Shown one piece after another: positions 15,345 through 29,663 of a stretch of 64,000 nucleotides of DNA; position 1 is the first letter of the stretch, and every line of letters begins with the position of its first letter. This DNA comes from Vicugna vicugna (lineage: Eukaryota), in the NCBI GenBank assembly GCA_013265495.1, contig MU057701.1, forward strand, positions 496,001-560,000, read 5' to 3'. The position numbers were made by a program, and so were the translations under genes. The notes below the pieces were generated by a model. It saw nothing but the letters and a program-made list of their open reading frames with translations. It made no database searches and was not told the origin of the DNA.

Positions 15345-15555
15345 CAGTTCACCCTTGAACAAACCAGGGGTTATGGGGGGCCAAACCCTCTGAGCACTTG
15401 AAAATCCGAGTATAATTTATAGCCAGCCCTCCATATCCAAAGATTCAACCAACCACAGACGGTGTAGTACTATAGTGGTTACTACTGAAAAAAATCTTCA
15501 CATATGTGTAAGTGGACCCATGCAATTCAAACCTGTGTTGTTCAAGGGTCAACTA
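15345..15555. mobile_element. Tigger2/MER8-type MITE
   Basis: Terminal inverted repeats CAGTTCACCCTTGAACAA ... TTGTTCAAGGGTCAACT. Confidence 0.8.
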
Positions 15556-15926
15556 ATTTCTATAGAGAAATGGTTATTATCTAGCAACAAAATGTAGTGC
15601 AAAAATAGCTAAAATGCAAGATACTGCTTACTGATGGTCCCCTCTTGTCACTATTGTAATTACTATTAGTCACATGATTGAAATTAACAGAATATAGTTT
15701 ACTATGTAGTATTTTAATTCAGAAATATGGATTTTAAAGAACTGTACCCTACACATGAAGGAATCATACATCACTCCAGCGTCGGGGTCTACAGGTACCA
15801 ATAAATATTAAATGTCACTGTCACCGTCTCAGAAAGGCGTTCTTGGATTACATTCTCTAAAATCAGTGGTTACTCAGCACCTCCTTTAACACTCCAGCCC
15901 ACTGACTTTCTGCTTTACAATGACCC

Positions 15927-16265
15927 TGTGGACAAAAAACATCACCTGCCATCTCAGTAAACAAAGGATGTTGTGGCCCTATGACAGGATACTGGGCCTA
16001 GGTGGTTAAGATGCACATCAAAGGAATGATTTCAATAAGCCCAGACTCTTGCATCTTCTCATACACAGAAAAACACTAAAATCATTAACTTGAGGTGTCT
16101 GTATTTGTGATTAGCAGTAATCTTTTGATGGTCAACTACATATTTGTTTTTTTCCAAGCAAAAACACCCATCTGAGAGAAAGCCCTCCCAGGCTACAGTT
16201 CCCAGTAATGCTCCAAGTAAGACATAATTCTCAACTTCTAGGTTGTTCATTTCCTTCGGGTGACA
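15927..16265. mobile_element. ERV1-class solo LTR
   Basis: TG...CA termini with a 4-bp TSD ACCC (15923-15926 and 16266-16269); resembles a recalled cetartiodactyl LTR family (AACAACCTAGAAGTTGAGAATTATG on -). Confidence 0.7.
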
Positions 16266-18094
16266 ACCCCAAACTCTCTTCTATTTTAATGTTCACTGTC
16301 CTTCTAATCTCACTAGAGTGTGATAGTAGGGAAAACGTCTATATCATTCACCACGGCAGCTCAGTGCTGTGCGCCTGCCCAAGCACATAATGGTGCTTCC
16401 GTAGATATTCTGGTACATCCCTTTATACCTGGTACCACAGTTATTAATGTGCATGTCTTGCCTCCTAAGTGGTGTATAAGTTCCTTTAGGGTTGGACCTT
16501 TTTTGATTAATTGCTTCCCCTGCACCAATTTGCACATAGTATGGGCTGACTGGATCGACACTGACCTGACCTATTCAGTTGATCTTGGCTTCCTGATTTT
16601 TACTGTGACAGTAAGTCGAATGTGACAAGTTAAATGGCTGACAATTCAGAGCTATCTGAGGGACACTACCATCAACTTCATTAAATACAACTCCCAATTC
16701 TCTCATCATCCCACTTTTCACCTTATTCTTCATGTTCAATCCTATGGCCAAACATCTTCCTCCTTCCTTTCCTATCTATTCACATATCTTCATTGAAACT
16801 GTAACTCCTCAATGCCATCTTTCAAATCAGAGGAACAAGATAGTCAGAGCTATCAAAACCAACTTGTTAGAACATGGGACTTTTGTGACTCACTTTTCTC
16901 ATTAAAATAGTCTTTGTCAATGAGGTAAATGACTAAGGTGTTTGTTCAACATCAATACATGGTGGATCTTGTACATTCTTTATGTCTGTGTCCTTTTACT
17001 CCTAAATGGATCCAATCTTTTAATGATTTGTTAAATAACCTAAGCAAGTAAGAAAAGGCCAATAAAAACTTAACCATGAATAGTTTAAATGCAATGCCAA
17101 TTCAATTTTTTTAAAATGATTATTTCTTGAAGGGGTCTTTTGTCCAAGCTGCTATCAATCAGTAAACTGTTTTACATTTCACTTCCTCTTTATCTTGTAT
17201 TAACCACGAGAAGAGGTTGCAGGTGACCAAATGAAATGAAAAGGCATTAAGAGGAGGGAAAAACAATGGATATATTCAATTTAAGAATGCAAGTTGTCCC
17301 TGAATAACCATGTGCCAAATACACTGTAACCCAAAAGCAGGGTGTGGGGGTTGGAAGGGAACCTTCTGAGTATTAAGAACTGTTAAATACTACATCTTTA
17401 CAGTTCAGAAAAGGCCCTCACTAGATTAATTTTTAACTCTCTAATCCAAGGGCGAAACAATAACCATTATCAAGAGCTAGTATCACTTTTATTATCTCAT
17501 CAATCTGATGCAGAGTCCTCAAATAACAATCACAGAGGCAGCAGAAGGTAATGGTTAAAAACATCTACTACTGTGTTACTTTAGAAAAGACACTTACCCT
17601 CTCTGACTCTCAATTTTCTCTTCAGTGATATGAGTGTAATAATAGTTTCTACTCCAATGTCTAGCACTGAATGGGTCTTGCACACAGTAGCTTATCAGAA
17701 GAAACTGGTAAAAGGAAGTTTTTTTTTGCCCAAGTCTCAGTTCTAGGAATAGCTGTACTTCTTTAAAACAATTAATTTCTTCATACGGACACTATCAGTC
17801 TATTCATTCCAAAGAGGTGGTTCAGGGGCTGCCTTTGGCCCATTGGTATGTTTTGTTTGATGTAGTACTGGCTCAAACAGTGCTTTAAAACAGATTAGTG
17901 CCCAGTTTCTAAATATAGAGGCAATTCATATAAAAATCCATATTCCTGGTCTCTCCCTTAACTTTAGAAGAGTTGACAAGGCTTGGCCTTCATCCCCAAC
18001 TAACAAAGATTAACCTGAGGTGCAGAGTTCCTGCCCCTGTTCCCTGAGCGGATGCTCAAAAGTTCAGGTTTTCGTTACATTTTGCTCATTAGGC

Positions 18095-18345
18095 AGGACA
18101 GCTTGCAGAGAGCAGAGGCCCTAGAATCAGTCCGCCTGGGTTTGCATCCTGGCTCCACCACTTCTCTAGCTGAAGACTTTGGAGCATGTAACTCGATTTC
18201 TCTTAGACTGTTTTCCTGTCTGTAAAATAAGAATAATAATAATACCTACTACACGGGACTAAGATGAGGATCAAATGAGTTAATACATGTAAGCACTTAG
18301 AAGAGTAGAAACTCTGGCACTGTAGAAAGCACTCAATAAATGTCC
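18095..18345 (+). mobile_element. Near full-length MIR
   Basis: CCTGGGTTTGCATCCTGGCTCCACCACTT...CTGTAAAATAAGAATAATAATA...GCACTCAATAAATG. Confidence 0.75.
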
Positions 18346-19702
18346 GAATGATCATCTGCCTGGCACTGTAAGTGTTTTGAGTTTTCCAACCTCTGTGTAA
18401 CTCGTGATGCTTCTCTATACTAGCTGCTAGGAAGCTCAGAGATGAATGTATGGATCCCCTCCACTTAGGGCACTGAACTCAAGAAATATAGGTGTATCAA
18501 CTTTATCATTTTCCCCTATCCTTGTCTTTTGTAAAGCCCCACTAAATTCTTTTTCAGAAAAAAGGGAAGCATTAAAAGGGTTCTTTCTAAAAACTAAATG
18601 TGAAGTATTACTTGAGACTCCTCTTGCCCCTGAATTTACTATGTACTTAGGTAGTAAGCTCAAATGACAAAAACAACCCTATTAGTGAATGTACCCCAAA
18701 TGAGTAACAATAAATGTTCATGGCTGGATTGATCAAGGAATTTTATGAGCCCTGAGTATAATCCTTAACAACATCCCATAAGGGAGCTGATCCAACAAAC
18801 ACCCCAACCCTAGTCAGACAAACCTAGGTTTAAATCCCTGGCTCTACCTATTACTAACTATTATGATGGACCACCAATTCTGAGCCTTGGTTTCTTTACA
18901 TGTGAAATGATACATAAAGTTGCCTGACACACAGCAGGGGGCATGGTAAATGTTTGGATCAAGTAAAATTTCTATTATTTATTATTATTTATTTCATGGG
19001 AAATAAGCAGTTGGGCTAAACTACTGTTCACGACCTCCGCTAATTATGTTATTCTGCACTTCTGTGCCTGTGTGTCTTTATTTGTGCAGTGCCCGCTCCA
19101 GGGATGACTCCTCCCCATCGGAATCTTACCCATTCTTCAAGTTTTAATACAAACGTCAGCTTCTCTGTAAAATCCTCCCTTACCCCACCAGAAGAATGAA
19201 CAGCTTCCTTTTGTGCTCCACTAACACTTTCATACTTATATGGCACTCAACACCACGCGTGACTTGTCTAATTCAAGAACTCCTTAAGGACAGGGGTCCG
19301 TATTAATCATCTTCGTGCTATCACGTTACTGTCCCTTCTCCTGGCCAAAGGCCAGGCACATCGCCATGATCCGTAAGCAACTTAACGACATAAATTGATT
19401 CAGGAAGAGCAAGAGAACTAAACTCTCTGATCTAGCTTGAATGCTGCAGTGGCCTTAACCCCTGAGAAACTACTAAAGTAAACGTGAAAAGGCAAAAGGC
19501 ACGATGGAGCCTCAACTCCTACGGGAATGAAGTGACTGACCATCTGCCCTGGGGAGGGTCTGGGAAGCTGTACTCACTAGCGTACTCCGGCTGCGGGGTC
19601 TCTCTGGTCGGGTAGACCTGGGATCTCCTACTTACGCAGGCCTCACTCGGGCTGGGCAGGCAACGGGGATGCGCGCTCCACCCGCAGGCCCCCTGAGGCC
19701 TA

Positions 19703-20116
<414 letters not shown>

Positions 20117-21284
20117 CTAAAATTTGCGGTGAGGAAAGCTAGTGTAAAAGAAGAGGCTGTCATATGTATTATTACACCTCTGCTTTGAAATAGTATGATT
20201 TCTCAGAACCGTGGGCAAGTCGCTTAACTTTTCTTGCATCTCGGTTTTCTCAGGTCTACGTGAGCAGTCTGAAGTAAACCCTGAGGAAAAGGGTTCTCAG
20301 GTTTCGTCTGTTTGAGACTCTTGGTGGCTTAATCTGTGGGATCTCTTAAAGCTCATAAGAGAAGACACGGCAGTGGTTCAGTAGTATAATAGGTAAACAT
20401 TACGTTGGTAAGAAGACTCTTTAGAAAGACGTTTTATTTGCTTTCCCTATAGGACTCTTGAGCGAGCGTCAAACGAGATCACGCATATCAGACCGTTTTC
20501 AATTCTTAAGGACCATAAAAGTTGTTTTTTTGGTTTTTTGGTTTTTAATTATCAACCACACCCTCTGGGTGCCTATATTTTAAAAAAAAGAAGAAGAAGC
20601 AGCTTAAGATCCTTGAAAGTGGGAATGAGGATGCATGTGTTGTGGTCCAAGTGTCAACAGTATCCTGGAAAGCAAATGGGAAATTGTGGAGTGGCTTACC
20701 TGTGATGTTAGTAGTTCTCAGTTTAATCAGCACCAACCTCCCTTTATATATGCTGAATAGACCTTTTTGTTTGTTTGTTTTTAACTGTTGCGTAATGAAA
20801 AGCACAGATAATACAACCCATCCGCACACGTAATTTAAAAAACAAACAAACGAGAAAACACCCTAACGGTAAAGGAGAAACATTGCAAAATAGCAAAATA
20901 ATGATATATTTCAAAATATAAAGGATAAAACACGTCTACAGCAGAAATGTAAAGAAGTAGTCATTTGCTTGTATGCATATACAATAACTAAACGCAAAAG
21001 TTACAGCTGCCACAGGTGTGTTCTGTTGGTTCCTCAAGTATAAGGGTGACATGATTTTTCCAACATGGTATACAACTTTTTGGTAAAGTTCTGACTTTGT
21101 TGAAGTGTAATCTTCTATTGTTTTTCACACAGAGGGATTCTTAGATATTTTAGTGCACGTTAAAACTTAAAAAAAAATAGCTTGGCATATGCAAAATGGA
21201 ATTAGAGTTTAGGCCTCAGATACATAAGGAGTTATCTGGCAGGACGCTGAAAAAGCTGATGGAATGTGGGATGATATCTATATA

Positions 21285-21452
21285 TATTTTTTTAAGTAAT
21301 TTTATTTTTATTAAAAATTTTTTTAATTTATTTTTTATTTTGGGGGAGGAGGTAATTAGATTTATTTGTTTATTAATGGAAGTACTAGAGGTTGAATGCG
21401 GGATGTCATGTGTGCTAAGCAGGCGCTCTACCATTGAGCTACACCCTTCCCC
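21285..21452 (-). mobile_element. tRNA-derived SINE, long form, diverged, with AT-rich tail
   Basis: GGTAATTAG...TGCTAAGC...GAGCTACACCCTTCCCC. Confidence 0.8.
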
Positions 21453-22289
21453 TGGGACAGTGTTTTATTGTGTAGGTTTGTTGTATTGCTGTTGTCTAGG
21501 GTCCCTGCTACATGATGATATCTTCCTCCTCCTCAGTGATTGCGACAATCCAAAATTCCTTACAAATTTCTAAACCAGACACTAAGAGCCAGTATTGTTG
21601 AGATGCACTAGGGTAAGATGTTTTCTGGCTCTGTGTTTGGTACGCAGTTGATCTGACTAGAGTAGACAAAAGAATTTGGAGATCTACACTTTGTGTGAAG
21701 AGTTTGAAAAGACAGAAAGTAACAAAGATGTAATGGAGTAAACAGATTTATAGTTTCCAGACTCAGAAAAATAAGAGTGTGAGGGGGTCTAAGAGGCAAA
21801 TAGGTGGAGAAAAGTCTAGTTGATTCCACGCCAAACTGAAGCCATTGCTTGCTAGACTTGGAGGTAATGAAATGAAAGCAAATTGAAATCTAAGGAAAAG
21901 CTTTCAAAGGAAACAAAAAATTAAAGTGAAGCAAATAAAGAAGGAAATCGGTTAAAGTCTGAGCACTGGCCAGAGAAAATAGGTGAAAGTATTGTATTAT
22001 AGACAGACTTTTTATAAATCTGTTATTTGAGTCTGAGACTAAATTTGTGGCTTCATAAGAAAGAATTTGATTTCAGAAGAGAAAAATTGGCAGTGGGAAA
22101 ATAAAGAATCTAAAAGGTAGGGAGAAATACTGATCGGAAAAAGTTTATTTGGAAAAAATTGTGATATTGTATATTACAATACTAATTATAGAAAATAATG
22201 TACCATATATTAATTACTATATTTGGCGTATTTTTTTTTCACATTTGGCATTTCTGGTACTTTCAGCTTCTTGGCTGTGCACGTTATCT

Positions 22290-23130
22290 GACCCAAATTT
22301 CCTGCCTTTGTGAAATGAACGTTCTAGTGGCAGGAAGACAAAATCAACATGTAAATATGTACCAGAGGTTTGGTGTTTGGGAGGTGGTCAAGGAAGGCAA
22401 GTGAGCCAAGACCTGAAGTAAGAAAGAGAATCTTGCAAGTAGCTGGAGGATGAAGATTCCAGGCAGAGACAGGAGCAAGAACCCTGAGCTGAGAGCAATC
22501 AGAATCATGCCTGGTTTGTTTGAAGACCAGAATGAGTAAGGGTGAGAGTTACAAGAGCTGAGGTTTAGGCAGTTTGGCCATTTGAAGGACTTGATTTTTA
22601 ATCTGAGTGAGATAGGGAGCCAATGGGGCTTGGGGCAAAGGAGTGGCATAAGCTGGTTTACACAGTAAAAGAATCACTCTGGCTGCTTGCTGTGTGGTGA
22701 CAAGGTTGGGCAGAAGCTGGGGGACTAGTTAAAAGGTTATTGCAATAATCAGGGGGAAAATGATGGGGTCTTGGATGAGGGTGGAGGCAGTAGAAGTGGT
22801 AAGAAGTGGCTAGATCCTGGATATAATCTGAAAATAGAGCTCAGATAGGACTTGTTGGTTTTGAGGGGAGAGGGGTCAGACATGCCTGCAAGAATTTTGG
22901 CTTGAATCTCTGGAAAGTTGGAGTTGCTGTTTACCAAGATGGAACCGATTTGGGATGCACAGATCAGAGCGAAGAGGTTGGAGGCCAGTTTTGGATATGT
23001 TAAGTTCGAGGTGCCTATTGGATATTGGAAGTGACAATGTTGAGAAGACAAGTGGATGTACCTGTGTCAAATTGAAGGGTGTCATTTGGGCTAGAGATTT
23101 GAAGTTAGGGAGCATTAAATATTGAAAGTC
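22290..23130 (-). mobile_element. L2 fragment
   Basis: Purine-rich antisense L2 motifs (GAATCACTCTGGCTGCT, AGAAGTGGCTAGATCCTGGATATA, TTTTGGATATGTTAAGTTCGAGGTGCCT). Confidence 0.7.
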
Positions 23131-23379
23131 ACAGGGCTTATGTTACAGAAATCTTCCTGAAATGTGTGTAAAATATTTGTTTGTGAAGTATTTGTTTTTA
23201 TAAATTGCCTGTTTTAAAGGCAATGGGAGAACTTGATTTTTCCAAGTCTGTTGTGAATCATTTTGTAAAGAAAAATATACTGTATTTTATCTTTTGAGTA
23301 AATCTGTTAGTCTTGTGTTGGAATTACTTCACGTCAGGTGCAGTTACATCAGGTGAATAAAGTCCTACCTGAATCATTA

Positions 23380-23862
23380 TATTCATTTACTCTTGCTGCT
23401 GTAACAAATAGCCATGAATTTAGTGGCTGAAAACAACAATGACTGAGTCCCTCGCAATCTAGAATCTGGAAGTCTGCAATCAGTGTCAGTGGGCTGAAAT
23501 GCAGGCATGGCAGGGCCATGTTTTCTCTCTGGAGGCTCTAGGGGACAGTCTGTTCCTTGCCTCTTCCAGCTTCTGGTGGCTGTGGACATCCCTTGGCTAG
23601 TGGCTTCGTCACTCCAGTCTCTGCTCTCATGGTCACATTGCTTTCCCCTCTTCTGTGTGCGTGTGTCAGATGTTTCCCTGCCTTTCTCTTACACAGATAC
23701 TTGTGAATATATTTAGGGCCACCAGATAATCCAGGATAGTCTCATCTTAAAGTCCTTAACTTAATCACATCTGCAAAGACCCTTTTCCCAATAAGGTAAC
23801 ATTTTCAGGTTCCAAGGCTTGGGACCTGATATCTTTGGGGGCCACTATTAAGCCTAACTATA
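23380..23862 (-). mobile_element. MLT1 (MaLR) solo LTR
   Basis: GCTGCTGTAACAAA...TTAGTGGCT-AAAACAAC...GGAGGCTCTAGGGGA...TAATCACATCTGCAAAGACCCTTTT. Confidence 0.8.
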
Positions 23863-24719
23863 GTCATCTAAGCAACTTCTAAACTGGGGGCTTCATATGA
23901 ATGGTTACATACTCTTAATTGCAAACATAATCCTCTCTTCTCTCTGGAAACATTTAAATGTTCCACAAAAAGTCAAATTCCATGACGTCTCTGTCGCACT
24001 ACATAGCTAAGAAATACTATTTCTGGATTTGTGTTGACATCATTTGATGATATTAGGTCAAATAATCTTTGGCATTAAAGAGCTACTATAAGTTATGGTT
24101 GCACAATTGCCTCCTTTTAAAGGGCAGGCACTCAGGATCAAGGACAACGTCTTTTTTCATCACTAAAATTTCTCTCCAGTCAGTATAGGTTACATTCTCT
24201 CATAATTCATCTCAAAATATTCTGACCTTTTGCCAATTTCTGTAAAAATAGACAATGCAATAAAAAGTGAAACTTTGACAACATTTATTACCAGCTCATG
24301 TATTAAAAAAAAAAAAGACAAAACCGTACATTTGGCCATGGAACATACAGGTTTTTTTCCTATGTGAGGCAATTTGTGCTACATCATTGTCAATTAATTT
24401 TTATTTTATGAGCATTTACTGTGCAGCTATAAGCAATTACACATCAAAGGCATTCTCTGTATTTAATAGAGGCCTGATAAATGGGTCTACATATAAGAAT
24501 TGCCTTGGGACTTGCTTTGTGTAGTTTTATGAAGATTGAATTTAACATTTGCTTAGTATCTAACAAGGTCAGATATACAGGTGTTAAACACAAATACACA
24601 CACAAAGAGGCATACCTAGACATAGACTTTGCTGGAATTAAATAACATTTGAAAAAAAATTAACACCAAAGGATAACATTTGATTTTCAAAAATCACCCT
24701 TAAAAATAGGGTGGGCATG

Positions 24720-25165
24720 TCAAAAGGATCAGGAACCAGCCTGGAAGAGCCACCAATGACCAAAGCTAGAACAATCTAAGCAACAAAAATAATGTACTAA
24801 TGAATTATAACTCAAAGTACAGAGGAAATATGTATGAGTCCCCACTGATATGAGTAAGTAATTGAATGAATACACAAATGAGGGACAAGGGACAAATCTT
24901 GCAGAATACCACACTGTGTATGTAGACACTGTCCCCCAGGAGGTGGGGCTCAATTCTGCTCCCTTGAGTGTGGGCTGTGCCTAATGACTGGCTTCCAAAG
25001 AACAAAGTATGCAAAGAGAAAAATAGACACTTCACAGTGGAAATACTTGGCAGACATTGCCTTAATCAAGTGATCAATGTTAGAGTTAAGCCCTTTATCA
25101 AGGGCTTTGCTAATAGAAAGCATAGCATGGGAATGAGATGTGGACACTGTATATCACAGTGATGT
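24720..25165 (+). mobile_element. Old L1 (L1MC/MD-type) 3' UTR fragment
   Basis: CCAAAGCTAGAACAATCTAAGCAACAAAATAA...GACTGGCTTCCAAAGA...CACAGTGGAAATACTTGGCAGACA. Confidence 0.6.
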
Positions 25166-25288
25166 AATAGTTTTCTTTTATTCCTTGCCTCCTTAGCCCT
25201 AATTTTAACAAATTGAAAGTCAGTCTCTTCAAAAGTTTCTTTCAAGCAGCTAAACATTTAGGTAAGATTAATGAATGTCACACTAATG

Positions 25289-25482
25289 CAGTAGTTCTCC
25301 ACTGCAGGAGTTCCCCCTTACATACCCAGCCCCATATTTGGCAATGTGTGTGGGTGGGGAGGGTTGCTACAGATAGTCAGTGTGTAAAGACAAGGGATGC
25401 TGCTGAATCCTACAGTGACCCCCCCCCCAAACAAAGAATTATCTGTCACCAAATGTCAATGGTACCAAGGTTTAAGAACCCT
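25289..25482. mobile_element. hAT MITE (MER20-like)
   Basis: CAGTAGTTCTC...GGGATGCTGCT...CAAAGAATTATC...AAATGTCAAT...AAGAACCCTG. Confidence 0.65.
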
Positions 25483-26300
25483 GAACTCAAATATGCAGAC
25501 ATCTAATAGGCCTTTATCAGGTGTCTACAATACTTCTCACACCAAGCTATATTTTCCAGATGACACAAAAGGACATGGTCTGTCTCCTCAGGAAGCTTAC
25601 CATTGTGTTGGGGAATTAGAGGAGAGGTGAAACACTTACAGTACAGTATATGACATTTTATATATAGAGGCTACACTGGCATACAAACAAGAGCCAAAAT
25701 GAATAGTCCGAATCAGTGTTCTGGGTTGTCTAGAAAGGTAAAGAGTTGTCTAGAATGGCTCTGTGTGGGGAATAAGACTCTCAATGAGCCTTGACACATT
25801 TCTCTTTCAAATTCTATTTAGAGGTAGGTCAGAACCTTACAGTTTTTTTCTCACAAACGAGAAGAGGTTTCAGTGTGAGGGAGGGGCGCATCATCCTTAT
25901 TCCGGTGAGGATAGTGGGTTGAAAAGCTCCTCAGATGATTGATGTAGATGTGCACCGCCCCATCTCGCGTTCTGAGAACCCCTGCCTTCATAGGGTGTCA
26001 CCCATGTGAGAATATATGCTTTCATAGACATGTGTCGGCTAATATTCTTTTCCTTTTGGTCGTGTCATTCCTCACTTGGAACTTTATTCTTCGTTTCTCT
26101 TTTTGCTCTTTGTGCCCTATCCGCACTTTTTAATATGTGATGATCGGTAACTGTAGAGTGTAGCATCCATGGTGATGATAGCAACACCTTCAAGGCTCTT
26201 TGGAAGTGGATGACTCCACTGGTTGAAAAGAAACAAAGATTCAGTTCTCGACAGACTTGCTGACGAGGTGACTTAGAACATTGTAAAGCAACGTGGCTGA

Positions 26301-26314
26301 CCAGTAGATGGCGC
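26301..26314 (+). promoter_or_regulatory. Candidate CTCF site CCAGTAGATGGCGC
   Basis: Matches the CTCF core CCASYAGRKGGCRS; lies between the two CpG islands. Confidence 0.6.
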
Positions 26315-28004
26315 CCTCCTCCCTTTGTGTGAATGAGTGATGCATGAATAGGCTCCCCCTTTGCCCTCCCCTCCCCCAAGCGCTGTTGTAGGGAAAACCA
26401 GTCGGTTCCCAAGTCCAAATCTTTTATTTATTTATTTTTTCCGAATCGTCTAAATCCATCGTCTTTTCTTCATTCTCTTGTCTAAGTCAGACCCTCTCCA
26501 CGTGTCTCCTTTAGGGTTAGAGTAATAACCTCCAGCCTCTGGGATCCTTCTATTCTAACCCATCCAACACACTGCCATCAGAATCACTTTCCAAAGCACA
26601 GATTGTCAGTGCCCTGCTGAATAATGGGGGGGGGGGTCGGAGCAGGGAGAGGATGGAGTGAGGGAGGACTCCCTGTGAAGACAGGGGCAGAGGCAGGAGC
26701 AGAAGAGTCGAGGTACGTGGAAGCTGTAAGTTCAGGCCTTCTCTGGCCAACAGATTTTTCTCATTTGGCTGGAGTAGGCCTGGGGAAGGGTGGCGGGGCT
26801 ACAGGGGAAAGGTAGATTCAGAGCCTTGGTCCTCCTGCCGAGGAATTTTAACTTGCTCAGTAGGCCACAGAGAAGATGGCAGGATTACAGCTGTGCTTAA
26901 ACAAAATTAATGTGACCAGGCATGCGGACTGAGTGGAAAGAAAGAGTTCAGTGAAGTCAGCTTAGCAGAGGAGAAAGGGCAGAAACATATACGTGATAAT
27001 TTGTAGTTTGTGAAATTCAGAGTAGTTCCTCAACCATAATATTCATCAGTAAAATACTTAGTTACAGAATCAATGTCAGGAAACATCTAGGAAGCCAGGA
27101 ATATGTCCACATATCCTGATGTCCTGTGTGCATGTGCATGTGTGGCTAGCCAGGACATTCCCTAGCTGCCTCCGGGAAGAGCTTTCAGTGCCAGCAGCGA
27201 AGCCACTACACTTGTTTTCAAGTAGGAAGCAGAAAAAGGAAAAACAGCTTGCACTTTCTCTGAGTATCACAAGCTTTCATGTGTTATTATTCAGCAGTAC
27301 AGTGTCAGATTTAGATTTTCCACCTCGAGGAATTTGGTTTAGCTTTAATTAGTTGCTGTGAATGTTTCTGAGCCAACTCTGGGAAGCAATTCTCTAGAAA
27401 ACAGTTTTCACTAGAATATAAGCTGGGTGGAGGGTGTCATTTTTCTATCAGCCTTTGTATCGTGTTCACACAGTTATAAATGCTCTCCAGCCATCTGAAT
27501 GATTTTAGCCACAGCCCACCATAGTTATATTGGTTAATTACTTATTACTGATAATTTAAAATACTGTAATGTTGAGGCCATCTGTAGCACCATCCAGAGT
27601 TCTGTGAGTAGTGGCAGGATTTTAGAGCACGAATTTTTTTCTGAGAAAAGATGATGCTTGCAGGTTCTGCAAAGAGGCAACGGATGCATTTTTCATCCAG
27701 CAACTTTTCAGAAAAACAAGCTTAAAAATACCAGACAAATGAAAAACAGACTTCAGCAGTTACATGCAGCTTCCTGAGTAACTGAAGAATGTGCCTCTTG
27801 TGGTTAAAATGAGGGAGCTGTTTAATATGGATGAAATACCAACACTCCAGGCATTTTCATTGACATTTCACTGTGACTTTTTGAACTTAGGAGTGCTGAC
27901 AGGAAAACTTCTTGCTGCCTGGCGAAGTCTGAAGTCAGACTAAAAGTAGGGCCAGCAGAAGTAAAAGGCTATGTCCAGTTCATGTTCCCTCTGGTTGTGT
28001 CTTT

Positions 28005-28197
28005 CTTTCTTTCTTTCTTTTTCTTTTTTTGAATTTATGTAGTTGTTTTTGGTGTTCTTGTTGTTGTTGTTTTTTAGTTTTCTTGGGAGGGAGGCGTAAT
28101 TAGGTTTATTTACTTCTAAAGAAGGTGCTGGGGATTGAACCTAGGACCTCCAGCATGCTAAGCATGTGCTCTACCACTTGAGCTAGACCCTCTCCCC
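28005..28197 (-). mobile_element. tRNA-derived SINE, long form, tail decayed to (TTTC)n/(TTG)n
   Basis: Head at about 28120-28197; flanking repeat TGTGTCTTTCT on both sides. Confidence 0.85.
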
Positions 28198-29615
28198 GCT
28201 CTACTGTGTCTTTCTGTTCGGACTTTGTTTTTATTCACATTGTTGCACTTTCCAGTTTCTGAATTCCTGCTCTGCAACCAGTTAGGAAACCAGGCAAGGA
28301 TTTGTTCACCTGCTCCCAAATCTCATCGTCGCTCCAGCGCTGGGCTTGCTTGCTGGACCAGTGAAAACGCTAGTGGTGAGCATTTGTAAAAACCTTTCCT
28401 AAAAGTCAAGGAACACTTCTGTACCTTGGTTCCAGAAGCTACCCAGAGTGGCTGGACAGAGCACTAAAGCAACTGGGGTACAGTTGAGAACAGATTCAAA
28501 GGGTAAAGGAGCCGAGGGGAGCCCCCTTTTCCAATCCTCCCAGCGCCGGCCGGGCTCGGCACTCCGGGACAGCCCTGCCGTCTGGCAGCAACCTGGGAGA
28601 GACATGCTGTTTTGTTTAAATCCTCCACATTCTTTGCCTTTTCCCCATTGGCCGGATGGGGCTACCCTCCCCGCCGCGGCCGCTGCTGATGTCAGCCTCG
28701 CTCGCGGTTGCTCCTCCCGCACCCACCTCCCCGGCCCGAGGCACACTGCAGCTCGGCGCCGACTCTCCGGCCCCGGCGAGGTGGCTGCAAACTCGCGGGC
28801 ACGCACCGCGCTCGGGGAGCCCAGGGACTCGGGGGAGGGGAGCGCGCGGAAGGCGCCAGCTTCCTCCCGCCCGCCCTTCGCAGCCTCGAGCAGAGGTTGG
28901 AGGAACCCCGGGCCCCAGCCACGCCGAGCCGAACGGCCGCAGCGGCGGCGGCTTCCCTTTTCTCTCCCAGGGAGCCCCGGAGCACCTCGCGGACCGGCCT
29001 TAAAAAGAGCTGGAAATCTTGTTTACCGCCCGGGGAGCGGAGCCCATCGAGCCTTTGTCTGGAAAGTCAGCATCTCTCGCTCCGGCTGCAATGTGTTCCT
29101 GGTGACACTAGCCTTGGGCAGACCGGCCGCGGCCGGAGAAGGGGGGAGGTCCGCCAGGTTCAGATCTGGTTTCGGAGGCGGATCAAGCTGGTGACTTCGG
29201 TGCATTCGTTTTAATTTTTGGAAATCTCTCTTTTTTCCCTCCCTCGCCCGCCTCCGGGCATATCCTGATCTGGCGCCCGCTCCTACTGCCCTGGGCTGCC
29301 GATCAAAGCGGTTTCCAGCGGGTCTCCATCCCTCCCTGCCTGACTTTGCAACACCGCGATCCAGGCGGATCGACCTCCGCGAGGAAGGAGGCGGGGGAGC
29401 CGCGAACACCCGGACCCAAACCTTGACATGCTTTCGGGCGGAAAGGAGGAAGCCAGGAGCTGAGCGCACCGCCGGGGTTGCTTCGCTGGCCGGCTCTGAG
29501 CGCGGAACTCCAGGCGCCCTGTCCTGCGTCTGGGCGGCAGCCTTGTTGGTCTGGGGGCGAACCACCCCCCAAATCCCGCCGCTTCCCGCCCCGGGGGTCC
29601 GCGGCCGGCAGGACC

Positions 29616-29663
29616 ATGCTGCTAAAGGAGTACCGGATCTGTATGCCGCTCACCGTGGACGAG
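29616..29663 (+). CDS. PITPNC1: PITPNC1 (cytoplasmic phosphatidylinositol transfer protein 1, RdgB-beta) first coding exon MLLKEYRICMPLTVDE
   Basis: ggaccATG start; peptide matches the PITP-family N-terminus of PITPNC1; ends GAG|gtaggc; head-to-head with PSMD12 as recalled for human 17q24. Confidence 0.95.
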
